A stretch of 32,000 nt of DNA from Candidatus Saccharimonadota bacterium (lineage in GTDB: Bacteria > Patescibacteriota > Gracilibacteria > UBA4473), in NCBI GenBank assembly GCA_030429505.1, contig JAUIFI010000001.1, positions 180,001 to 212,000 of the forward strand, given 5' to 3'. The notes beneath the pieces are model-generated. The model made no database searches and was not told the origin of the DNA. It was given only the letters and a program-made list of their open reading frames with translations. Every line of letters starts with the position of its first letter. The stretch's first letter is position 1. The position numbers and the translations under genes are program-made. Positions 7,283-15,275 of the stretch are shown here, piece after piece.

Positions 7283-8692
7283 ATGAAACAGTTCAAAAAA
7301 CACGCTTTCTTCGTAGGAATTCTCTTGCTAACCGTTGGGCTCGGATTGTCTGCTTGTGTAGGACCTAGTGAATCAGAAGACCATTTTGAACGTCCAGAAG
7401 AAGTCGAAACAGTAACCTTGAAAGGAGAAATATTTCCATTTTCGGTGTCTGTCTCCACGAGTGCTACTCATCGTCTGGAAAGTGACGGAAGACTTGGAGC
7501 TTACCTTGCTTCAGACATTGTAGATTTAAAAGAATTTGAAGGACAAAGTGTAGAAATCGAAGGTGTCTGGCATAAAGAGAAAATGCGTGAAATATTCCGA
7601 GTTGAAGCTGTCCGGCTACAAAATAGTGAAGAAGAAGAGGAAGAAGAGACCGAAAACAGATTTCTCTCTAAAAAATTCACCTTTGTTTATCCTGCCACGT
7701 GGGAATATTCTATGTCTCCGGGAGGAGTGGCACACTTTACCGATAAGAACGATGCCGCCAGACGAGTGTTTCTTATGTTTTCCGTCGAAGATATGACCAG
7801 AGCTGACACAAAAAAAGATCCCAATATCCTTATAGGTGAATTGACTGGCAATAAGAAAATTACTACCGATCAGCTTGATCGAGAACGAGAAGAAATCACT
7901 CTATTTTCCAATCTTTTTGAGACCAAATATAAATTTATATTCACCAGTCAATTTGAAGAATTTGAAAAAAAGAAAGCCTTCTTTAAACTTCTTAACACAT
8001 TTACCGAAGGAGAAGAAAAAGTTGCAGAAGTGATCGAAGAAGAAAAAAGAGTATTAGCCGAAAAAGAAGCTGAAAAAATCAGAAAAGAAAAAGAAAAAGA
8101 GCGTCTTGAAGCTTTGGCTCAAAAAGCCCAAGAGGAAGAGAATGAAGACGATATATCATTCCTTGAAAAAATTCTCAAAAAATCCGAGACAGATGAATCA
8201 GAGGAAGAAGCATTGAATGAAGAAGTCAAAGAATCTTCAGAAGACAAGGAAGCCGCTGACGTGACCAAACTTGCTCAAGAAGCTCAGACAGAAACCGAAG
8301 AAGATCAAAAAGCAGAAACATCACCAGCCGTAACCATCCTGCCAGGAGCAGAGTATACAAACTTGATCAATGAAAAAGCATTTGATTATACCAATGAACT
8401 TCATAAATTTTCTATGCAAGTGCCTTGGGGGTTTTGGTTTTGGAATTTCGGTTCTAGTGACACGGCACTCGTTCGAATAGGCTTTTCCAACCAAGAATTA
8501 TCTACTCCCGCTGGTGCTAAATACTGGTTACAAGTCATTGAATCCGAAGACATTCCAGACAGCTTTACTGAAAACATTGAAGAAGGGCAGGTTGTCATTA
8601 AAGTGCCACGTACGGAAAACTCTTATTTCCAGCTATCAGGTCCTGTCGGGTTTCGAGATGCGATGCTCAGTATCGCATCAACTATTAAATAA
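7283..8692 (+). CDS. acidic lipoprotein, hypothetical
   Basis: Signal peptide with lipobox LSAC (MKQFKKHAFFVGILLLTVGLGLSAC). A long central E/K-rich low-complexity segment lies between two globular ends. Confidence 0.8.
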   Translation: MKQFKKHAFFVGILLLTVGLGLSACVGPSESEDHFERPEEVETVTLKGEIFPFSVSVSTSATHRLESDGRLGAYLASDIVDLKEFEGQSVEIEGVWHKEKMREIFRVEAVRLQNSEEEEEEETENRFLSKKFTFVYPATWEYSMSPGGVAHFTDKNDAARRVFLMFSVEDMTRADTKKDPNILIGELTGNKKITTDQLDREREEITLFSNLFETKYKFIFTSQFEEFEKKKAFFKLLNTFTEGEEKVAEVIEEEKRVLAEKEAEKIRKEKEKERLEALAQKAQEEENEDDISFLEKILKKSETDESEEEALNEEVKESSEDKEAADVTKLAQEAQTETEEDQKAETSPAVTILPGAEYTNLINEKAFDYTNELHKFSMQVPWGFWFWNFGSSDTALVRIGFSNQELSTPAGAKYWLQVIESEDIPDSFTENIEEGQVVIKVPRTENSYFQLSGPVGFRDAMLSIASTIK

Positions 8693-8727
8693 TTAACGAT
8701 TGATACACCCTTTTACAAGAAAATAAA

Positions 8728-8752
8728 GCAAGGTCAAGTCTTTGCATTTTTT
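8728..8752 (+). terminator. intrinsic terminator
   Basis: GCAAGG (8728-8733) pairs with CTTTGC (8740-8745) across a 6-nt loop. ATTTTTT follows. Confidence 0.5.
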
Positions 8753-8769
8753 CCCTAAAAACATACCAT
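8741..8769 (+). promoter_or_regulatory. sigma70-like promoter close to the leuS ATG
   Basis: TTTGCA (8741-8746), 17-nt spacer, TACCAT (8764-8769). It lies 9 nt from ATG 8779, with no SD between. Confidence 0.4.
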
Positions 8770-8778
8770 TTTACCGCT

Positions 8779-11700
8779 ATGAAAAAGTACGATCACCAAG
8801 AAATTGAGAAAAAATGGCAGAACTATTGGCTTAAAAACAAAACTTTTAAGACTACAGAAAATTCGAACAAAGAAAAATACTACGTTCTCGATATGTTTCC
8901 TTATCCCTCTGGGGCAGGACTCCATGTCGGACATCCTTTGGGGCAAACTGCCACAGACATAATAGCCCGTAAACGTCGTCATCAAGGTTACGAAGTTCTC
9001 CATCCTATGGGCTGGGATGCTTTTGGACTCCCTGCTGAAAACTATGCAATTAAAACCGGTATTCATCCTGCGATTACTACCAAAGAAAACAGCGACACAT
9101 TCCGCCGACAAATTCAATCACTCGGCTTTAGTTATGATTGGGATCGAGAAATAAATACCACAGATCCTCAGTACTACCGTTGGACACAATGGATTTTTTT
9201 ACAACTCTACAAAAAAGGTCTCGCCTACGAAAAATCTATGCCTATGTCATGGTGTCCCAAATGCAAGATTGTAGCCGCAAACGAAGAAGTCGAGCAAGGG
9301 ACGCATGAACGTTGCGGTACACCCGTGGAAAGAAAGCACCTCAAACAATGGATGTTGCGGATTACCGAATACGCAGAAAGATTATTAAATGATCTGGATT
9401 CTCCCAATATCTACATTATCCACGGCTGGGGTTCTGATTCTCAGTCCAACTGGTTTGAACGAGCGCGTCAATTTCTCGTGAGCAAAAAAGTACGCGTTTG
9501 CGTCCCGGATTTTCCCCATACCGATAACCCTGTTTACAAAGAATGGAAAACTCATTTTGAATCTCAGTTCATCCAGCTTTGGTCTCAAGACATCCTGATC
9601 GGACACAGCTTAGGGGGAGGTTTTATGCTCAAATATCTGTCTGAAAATGACATACAAATCGACAAATTAATCTTGGTTGCTCCCACCATCAAAGATTATG
9701 ATGTTCTAGAACTCAAAGACTTCTACACCAAAACTTTTGACTACGACAAGATCAAACAATCTGCTCAAAAGATTGCGATCTTTGCCTCAGACAATGATCA
9801 GTACATCCCACTCAAAGACTTCCAATTTTTGGCTCAACAATTAGACGCAGAACTCATATTATTGCCACAACGAGATCATCTGATGGATCCGAATTTTCCA
9901 GAATTATTCGAATATCTGGGAGATATCCAGCGTTCGATTCTCAACTGGCCAGACAAGATCAAAGCCATGCAACGCAACTGGATCGGAAAAAGTGAAGGAT
10001 TGCTTTTTACAGCTCCGGTCAAAGATACCAATATTACTATTCAAACCTTTTCTGCTCATTTTGAAGCATTTTGTTCAGATAATTTTGTTGTTATCGCTCC
10101 AGATCACCCTTTCCTTGAAACTTTACTTGAAGGAATAGATAACAAACAGGAAATTCTTGATTTTTGTAAAGAATTGATTCGAAAACGTATGGAGCGAGGG
10201 TTTGAAGAAGAAAAAGAACCGGAAGGCATCTTTACTGGCAGATATATTATTGACCCAGTCGGAAATGGTGATTTACCTATCTGGATAGCCAGCTTCGCAC
10301 TTGCGGATTATGGAACGGGGATTGTCAAATGTTCCGCTCATGACGAACGGGATTTTGCCTTTGCCAAAAAATATAATATTCCTCTCAAACCCGTCCTTTT
10401 CCCGAAAGACCCGGAAAAAGCAGAAAAAGTTAAAAATCTCGAAGTTTGCTGTACAGATATGGTTGATGGGATCTTAACAGAACCCACCGAATTTACAGGC
10501 AAAAGATCTGGCGATGTCAGACAAGAGATTATAGAGTACATAGAAAAAAAAGGATTTGCCAAGCGACAAACCACTTACAAACTTCGCGACTGGATTTTTA
10601 CTCGCCAGCGTTACTGGGGAGAGCCCATTCCTATCGTCTTTGATGAAAAAGGGCAGGACTATCCACTTGATGACTCAGAACTTCCCTTGCAATTACCAGA
10701 AATTGCAAAGTATGAACCATCTGAAACTGGAGAATCACCTCTAGCAAGTATTGATTCGTGGGTCAATATCCAAGGATACATAACCAAACAGGGGACTGTG
10801 AAAACCATTCAATCAGGAGATAAAGCTCCAAAAGACACGACCATTCAAAAGTTTAAACGAGAAACTTCCACTATGCCCAATTGGGCGGGAAGTTCGTGGT
10901 ATTGGCTACGATTTATGGATCCTTGTAATGAACAAGAATTTTGTTCAAAAGAGAAAGAAAAATACTGGGGACCAGTAGACCTTTACGTTGGTGGAGCTGA
11001 ACATGCAGTCCTTCACCTGCTCTACGCTCGATTCTGGCACAAAGTTTTGTATGATTTGGGCTTAGTCTCCACCAAAGAACCTTTCAAAAAACTCCTCAAC
11101 CAAGGTCTAATCCTCGCCGAAGATGGACATAAAATGTCAAAATCACTCGGCAATGTTATCAATCCCGATGATATTGTGAAAAAATATGGAGCAGACACTC
11201 TTCGCGTCTACGAGATGTTTATGGGACCTTTTGAGCAATCAAAAGCTTGGAATATGAATGCCGTGGAAGGAGCGCGAAAATTCTTGGATAGAGTATGGCG
11301 AGTATCACAAAAAAATAATAAAAATAGAAAAAAAGAATCTATTTCATCCCTTCTTCATCAAACGATAAAGGTTGTCACAGAACATATCGAAGAATTTCGA
11401 TTCAATACCGCCATTTCCCAGCTTATGGTCTTAACCAATGAACTGACTGCACAAGAAGAGATCTCACAAGAGACTCTTGAAATTTTTGTCATCCTTCTTT
11501 CTCCCTTTGCCCCTCATCTAGCTGAAGAAATCTGGAGAGAAATATTGGGACATACAGAGACTGTCGCCTACGAACCATGGCCAACTTGGAATCCTGAATA
11601 TCTGATTGAAAATGAAGTCACTTATGCCGTTCAGATTAACGGAAAAGTTCGGGCTGACTTTACCACTCCAAAAGATACGGCAAAAGAAGAAGTTGTGGCT

Positions 11701-11802
11701 AAAGCGAAGACTCTAGAAAATGTTTCAAAATACTTAGATCAGGGAACAATTATCAAAGAAATATTTGTCCCGGAAAAAATAGTAGGATTTGTGGTGAAAT
11801 GA
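8779..11802 (+). CDS. leuS: leucyl-tRNA synthetase with an extra internal domain
   Basis: HIGH motif (HVGHPLG), KMSKS, WCPKC zinc module, CP1 editing region, YKLRDWIFTRQRYWGEPIP and a C-terminal tRNA-binding domain. At 1007 aa it is about 180 aa longer than usual. Confidence 0.96.
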   Translation: MKKYDHQEIEKKWQNYWLKNKTFKTTENSNKEKYYVLDMFPYPSGAGLHVGHPLGQTATDIIARKRRHQGYEVLHPMGWDAFGLPAENYAIKTGIHPAITTKENSDTFRRQIQSLGFSYDWDREINTTDPQYYRWTQWIFLQLYKKGLAYEKSMPMSWCPKCKIVAANEEVEQGTHERCGTPVERKHLKQWMLRITEYAERLLNDLDSPNIYIIHGWGSDSQSNWFERARQFLVSKKVRVCVPDFPHTDNPVYKEWKTHFESQFIQLWSQDILIGHSLGGGFMLKYLSENDIQIDKLILVAPTIKDYDVLELKDFYTKTFDYDKIKQSAQKIAIFASDNDQYIPLKDFQFLAQQLDAELILLPQRDHLMDPNFPELFEYLGDIQRSILNWPDKIKAMQRNWIGKSEGLLFTAPVKDTNITIQTFSAHFEAFCSDNFVVIAPDHPFLETLLEGIDNKQEILDFCKELIRKRMERGFEEEKEPEGIFTGRYIIDPVGNGDLPIWIASFALADYGTGIVKCSAHDERDFAFAKKYNIPLKPVLFPKDPEKAEKVKNLEVCCTDMVDGILTEPTEFTGKRSGDVRQEIIEYIEKKGFAKRQTTYKLRDWIFTRQRYWGEPIPIVFDEKGQDYPLDDSELPLQLPEIAKYEPSETGESPLASIDSWVNIQGYITKQGTVKTIQSGDKAPKDTTIQKFKRETSTMPNWAGSSWYWLRFMDPCNEQEFCSKEKEKYWGPVDLYVGGAEHAVLHLLYARFWHKVLYDLGLVSTKEPFKKLLNQGLILAEDGHKMSKSLGNVINPDDIVKKYGADTLRVYEMFMGPFEQSKAWNMNAVEGARKFLDRVWRVSQKNNKNRKKESISSLLHQTIKVVTEHIEEFRFNTAISQLMVLTNELTAQEEISQETLEIFVILLSPFAPHLAEEIWREILGHTETVAYEPWPTWNPEYLIENEVTYAVQINGKVRADFTTPKDTAKEEVVAKAKTLENVSKYLDQGTIIKEIFVPEKIVGFVVK
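9400..9945 (+). other. alpha/beta serine-hydrolase domain (YdeN/RBBP9-like) inserted within LeuRS
   Basis: Residues ~208-389: IYIIHGWG..., nucleophile elbow GHSLGG, SDNDQYIP, RDH and FPELFEYL. It is flanked by LeuRS segments LLNDLD and WPDKIKAMQRNWIG, which are contiguous in E. coli LeuRS. Confidence 0.75.
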
Positions 11803-11826
11803 TAATTACAAAAAATTTTTTCTGTC

Positions 11827-11847
11827 ATCCCGAATTTATTTCGGGAT
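11827..11847. terminator. hairpin between convergent leuS and HIT genes
   Basis: ATCCCGAA/TTCGGGAT, perfect 8 bp with a 5-nt loop. There is no clean U-run on either side. Confidence 0.35.
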
Positions 11848-11949
11848 CTAAACATAAAATTCATCGCTAGACCTCAGAATGGAGTTCGTGGTGATAAAAG
11901 CTTTTTGTCCGTTGACCTGGTGACGACTTAAAAAGCCATTATCATTCTC

Positions 11950-12411
11950 TTATAAAGCATTTGACAATCCCCATCTCCTATCTGAAAACTCCTCCGTCCC
12001 AAACAATACATCCATTTCTTGTTTCATTAGCACAATATCTTTATTGTTAAGAGGCTGATATTCTTCTCTGTGTCCAGGAATAATCGGATCACCGAACTTT
12101 TGATATCGAGCATCTTTAGCTCGTCCATAAAGATGAATATGTAAATGTGGTTTCCAGTTCCCGTTATCCTGATAATTTATACGCTGTAACTCAATACCCT
12201 GTTTCCCAAGAGCAAATTTCATAGCTCTCCCCGTGATGATCGTTAATCGCATTAACTCAATAGCCTCTTGAGAAGATAACTGTGTTCTATCTTCGAAATC
12301 TTTTTTGGGTGTTATTTTTACATGCCCACCATCAATCCTATCTACTTCAGGTTTTTGATGAGCCTCAACAACGAAATGCTTTGTCTCATAAATAAGCACC
12401 ATAGAGTTCAA
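11950..12411 (-). CDS. HIT (histidine triad) family hydrolase
   Basis: Histidine-triad motif HLHIHLYGR lies near the C-terminal third. Length is 153 aa. Confidence 0.8.
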   Translation of the reverse strand: MNSMVLIYETKHFVVEAHQKPEVDRIDGGHVKITPKKDFEDRTQLSSQEAIELMRLTIITGRAMKFALGKQGIELQRINYQDNGNWKPHLHIHLYGRAKDARYQKFGDPIIPGHREEYQPLNNKDIVLMKQEMDVLFGTEEFSDRRWGLSNAL

Positions 12412-12434
12412 ATTTTGAAAATCAAAAAAATCTC

Positions 12435-13196
12435 TTACTCTGAATCAGGCAATGCTGGAATAATCACTCGATCCAAAACTTGAATCACGCCATTTTTTCC
12501 TTTGAGATCTGCCTCGACAATCTTAGCACTCTGAGCAAGAACAATGGAACTATCTTCTGCCTGTGTAATTGACAGTTCTACACCAGACAACGTTTCTATT
12601 CCTACCAAATCAATAATTTTTTCAATTGTTAGTTCTCCAGAGGTAATATGCGTCATCAATATAGAAGGTAAAAGTACTTGATCAGAAAAAATTAATTCTC
12701 GAATCTCTGCATCTTCCAAAAAAGGTTGAAATGCACTGTCCGTAGGAGCAAAGACCGTCAATGCATCAGACTTTTGTAAAGCTTCGATCAAGCCAGCTTC
12801 TTGTAAGAATTGTAAGAAAGCTGTAAATCTACCATCCTTTGCGAGTGTTCCTATCACAGAATCATCATTCGCTAACGCTGATAGATCAGGGCTTGTGCTT
12901 TTTGCTTCAGAAGACGGCGATTTTACCTCATTTGTTGTATTATTAGATGTTTCTGTATTATCAGTTACGTTATTTGATTCGATTGTTGTATCATTACCGT
13001 TGGAATCAGATTCTTCATCAGTAATATCGGAATTGGATTCAGACGTTTCTTCGTTTCCCACAGATGTTTCTTCTTCCAATTGATGAGTTTTCTCTTGGTT
13101 AGGATTTTTCTCAGATATTTCTTGAGAAGAATTTTCTTCTCCATTTCCACAGCCAACAAGAACGAAAACGAAAGTTAAAGCAAAAAGTTTTTTCAT
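12435..13196 (-). CDS. fasciclin (FAS1) domain lipoprotein
   Basis: Lipobox LVGC and an S/T/N/E-rich linker. The FAS1 motifs are TVFAPTDSAF and NGVIQVLDRVIIP. Confidence 0.85.
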   Translation of the reverse strand: MKKLFALTFVFVLVGCGNGEENSSQEISEKNPNQEKTHQLEEETSVGNEETSESNSDITDEESDSNGNDTTIESNNVTDNTETSNNTTNEVKSPSSEAKSTSPDLSALANDDSVIGTLAKDGRFTAFLQFLQEAGLIEALQKSDALTVFAPTDSAFQPFLEDAEIRELIFSDQVLLPSILMTHITSGELTIEKIIDLVGIETLSGVELSITQAEDSSIVLAQSAKIVEADLKGKNGVIQVLDRVIIPALPDSE

Positions 13197-13253
13197 AAGA
13201 AATGAATGATTACACTCTCATTCTAAAAAGATAGGCTCTTTTTCACAAGTTTT

Positions 13254-13282
13254 TTGACGAGAAACCTGTGACACAGTAACGT
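13254..13282 (+). promoter_or_regulatory. sigma70-like promoter close to the GT2 ATG
   Basis: TTGACG (13254-13259), 17-nt spacer, TAACGT (13277-13282). It lies 8 nt from ATG 13291. Confidence 0.4.
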
Positions 13283-13290
13283 GATGACAC

Positions 13291-14169
13291 ATGAAAATAT
13301 CGACCATTATTCCAACGATCGGAAGAAAAACTCTCCCAAAAGTTGTCTCCGCCATAATTCATTGCCGAAGATTTGAAGAACTTCAGTCTGAGATTATCGT
13401 GGTATTTGATGGAAAGAAAACAACACCATTTCTCAAACAAGAAGAAGAGATTCTGAAACAAGTTCAGAATGAAAGACTTTTGTTTATAGAGACAAAAACA
13501 AAAAGTTATTCCGGAGGAGCTCGAAACTTAGGATTAGAGAAAGCTACTGGAGATATTATTGCCTTTCTTGGAGATGACACCATTCCCACAGCTCAGTGGC
13601 TCGAAAAAATTGAGTCTTTTCATACCAGATACCCAGATGAAAAAGATGCTTTGCTCGGAAAGATATCGTGGACGCCTGAATTGGCCTCGAAGCCTTTCTA
13701 CCAGTGGCTCGAAGATTACGCTCAATTCGCTTTTAAGAGCATTGCCAAGCATGGAGTCGATTGGCGACATTTTTATACCTCCAATGTTTCAGTAAAGAAA
13801 AGCCTGATAGAAACTGATCGTTTTTCTTCAGAATTTCAGGGATGGGGGTTTGAAGATATAGAGTTTGGTTACCGACTGGCCAAGAAAGGCATGCAATTAC
13901 ATTTTGATCACACCTGCGAGGTACTCCATGATCATCAGCAAACTTTGGAAAATTTTCTGGAAAAAACCAGAAACATGCGAAAAAATGCCCACATTTTCGA
14001 ATCAATGCATCCAGAAATCCATATTCTACCACGAGGATTTAAATTAATAACCCTACAGTTTCTCATCTGGAGCGCTTCAATCCTGTCTCCTTTTTCTCAA
14101 AAACTCCGTTGGATGGTAGCATGGAAAAAGGCTTGGATAGGTATTGACAAGACAAGAGACCAATTCTAA
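13291..14169 (+). CDS. glycosyltransferase family 2
   Basis: N-terminal STIIPTIGR, GGARNLG and the DxD-like FLGDDT motif. This is the GT-A fold pattern. Confidence 0.85.
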   Translation: MKISTIIPTIGRKTLPKVVSAIIHCRRFEELQSEIIVVFDGKKTTPFLKQEEEILKQVQNERLLFIETKTKSYSGGARNLGLEKATGDIIAFLGDDTIPTAQWLEKIESFHTRYPDEKDALLGKISWTPELASKPFYQWLEDYAQFAFKSIAKHGVDWRHFYTSNVSVKKSLIETDRFSSEFQGWGFEDIEFGYRLAKKGMQLHFDHTCEVLHDHQQTLENFLEKTRNMRKNAHIFESMHPEIHILPRGFKLITLQFLIWSASILSPFSQKLRWMVAWKKAWIGIDKTRDQF

Positions 14170-14226
14170 AAAAATAGTGCTTTTTCACAGAAATTTCATT
14201 TTTGAAATATATATGAAGGTGTCATC

Positions 14227-14553
14227 ATGATGAGTGATCGAGAACGAAAGTTAAGAAATTATGTCAGAAACATGAGGAATTATATAAGAAGTCCGATGGA
14301 AAAGGGTGGGTTGGCACATCAACTTACCAAGCAATTCTTTTATGAAGTTGGAAAAATACCTGATAAGGGAGATTTAAAACAAGATTTCTTAAGTCTCTCA
14401 GAAAAGAGAAGGTATCTAGAAAATGTTTTCCCTAGTGATGAAGAAAAACAAGGAAAGCATGAAAGTATGGTTCAGGAACTTGAAACGCTTCTGGCTCAGC
14501 TTGCCCAAGTCTGTGAGGTAGAACTCGCAGAGGAAAAAGAAAAAAATGTCTAA
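14227..14553 (+). CDS. hypothetical protein
   Basis: 108-aa charged, helical ORF followed by a strong terminator. No domain recognised. Confidence 0.6.
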   Translation: MMSDRERKLRNYVRNMRNYIRSPMEKGGLAHQLTKQFFYEVGKIPDKGDLKQDFLSLSEKRRYLENVFPSDEEKQGKHESMVQELETLLAQLAQVCEVELAEEKEKNV

Positions 14554-14588
14554 AAAAGCACAGTCTTTCTTGCTTACAACAAACCACA

Positions 14589-14623
14589 AGCACTATCATC
14601 CTAATGGTTGATAGTGCTTTTTC
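14589..14623 (+). terminator. intrinsic terminator
   Basis: Perfect 10-bp stem AGCACTATCA (14589-14598) / TGATAGTGCT (14609-14618) followed by TTTTT. Confidence 0.75.
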
Positions 14624-14627
14624 TCTG

Positions 14628-15233
14628 TCAAAACTCCCGTCTCTCTGTAATTGCCCTGCCAATAGTTCCAATATCCAGATAGTCTAATTCTCCTCCAGAT
14701 GGAATCCCGCGAGCAATACGAGATATTTTCCCAGAAAAAACAGGCTTTATTTCTCGGGCAATATAAAGTGCGGTGGCATCAGCTTCGGTAGATCCTGACA
14801 TAGCTAAAACCACTTCTTGAAGATCTGAAAGTTCGCGTAAACGATTTGTCAGTTCACTGATCTTCAAATGTTCTGGACCTACTTTGTTAAGCGGAGAAAT
14901 CACACCATGCAGGATATGATAACGTCCTTTAAATTCATGAGTGCGTTCTAGAGCAATGACATCCAAAGGCGTCTCCACCACGCATAAAACAGTATCATCT
15001 CTCGTAGGGTCAGCACACAGAGCACAAATTTCTCCTTCACAAAAATGATAGCAAGACTGACACTGACGAATGTCGCGCTTCAATCTTCCTACACTTTTAG
15101 AAATTTTTTGATCCAACCCCGACTCGTTTTTAAGCAAAGAAAAAATCAGCCTTTCAGCACTTCTCGAACCAATACCCGGCAAACTTGCCAAGTTTTCAAT
15201 CGCTTCAAGTATTGGTTGGGGTAAAGCTTTCAT
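14628..15233 (-). CDS. recR: recombination protein RecR
   Basis: N-terminal HhH (LPGIGSRSAERL), Cys4 zinc finger (CQSCYHFCEGEICALC) and Toprim segment (VLCVVETPLDVIALE). Confidence 0.93.
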   Translation of the reverse strand: MKALPQPILEAIENLASLPGIGSRSAERLIFSLLKNESGLDQKISKSVGRLKRDIRQCQSCYHFCEGEICALCADPTRDDTVLCVVETPLDVIALERTHEFKGRYHILHGVISPLNKVGPEHLKISELTNRLRELSDLQEVVLAMSGSTEADATALYIAREIKPVFSGKISRIARGIPSGGELDYLDIGTIGRAITERREF

Positions 15234-15275
15234 CTCATAAAAATCCTTTCCATTGTAAAGAAAAAGAGAGACGAA

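Noticed and set aside
8693-8778. T-box leaders upstream of leuS (and of hisS, 16560-16648).
   Set aside because: The intergenic regions are only about 86 and 56-89 nt. They lack a specifier hairpin and the T-box consensus.
9400-9945. Intein or mobile insertion as the explanation for the extra LeuRS segment.
   Set aside because: It has no Cys/Ser/Thr at the N-terminal junction, no terminal His-Asn followed by a nucleophile, and no endonuclease motifs. The sequence reads as an alpha/beta hydrolase with a full triad.
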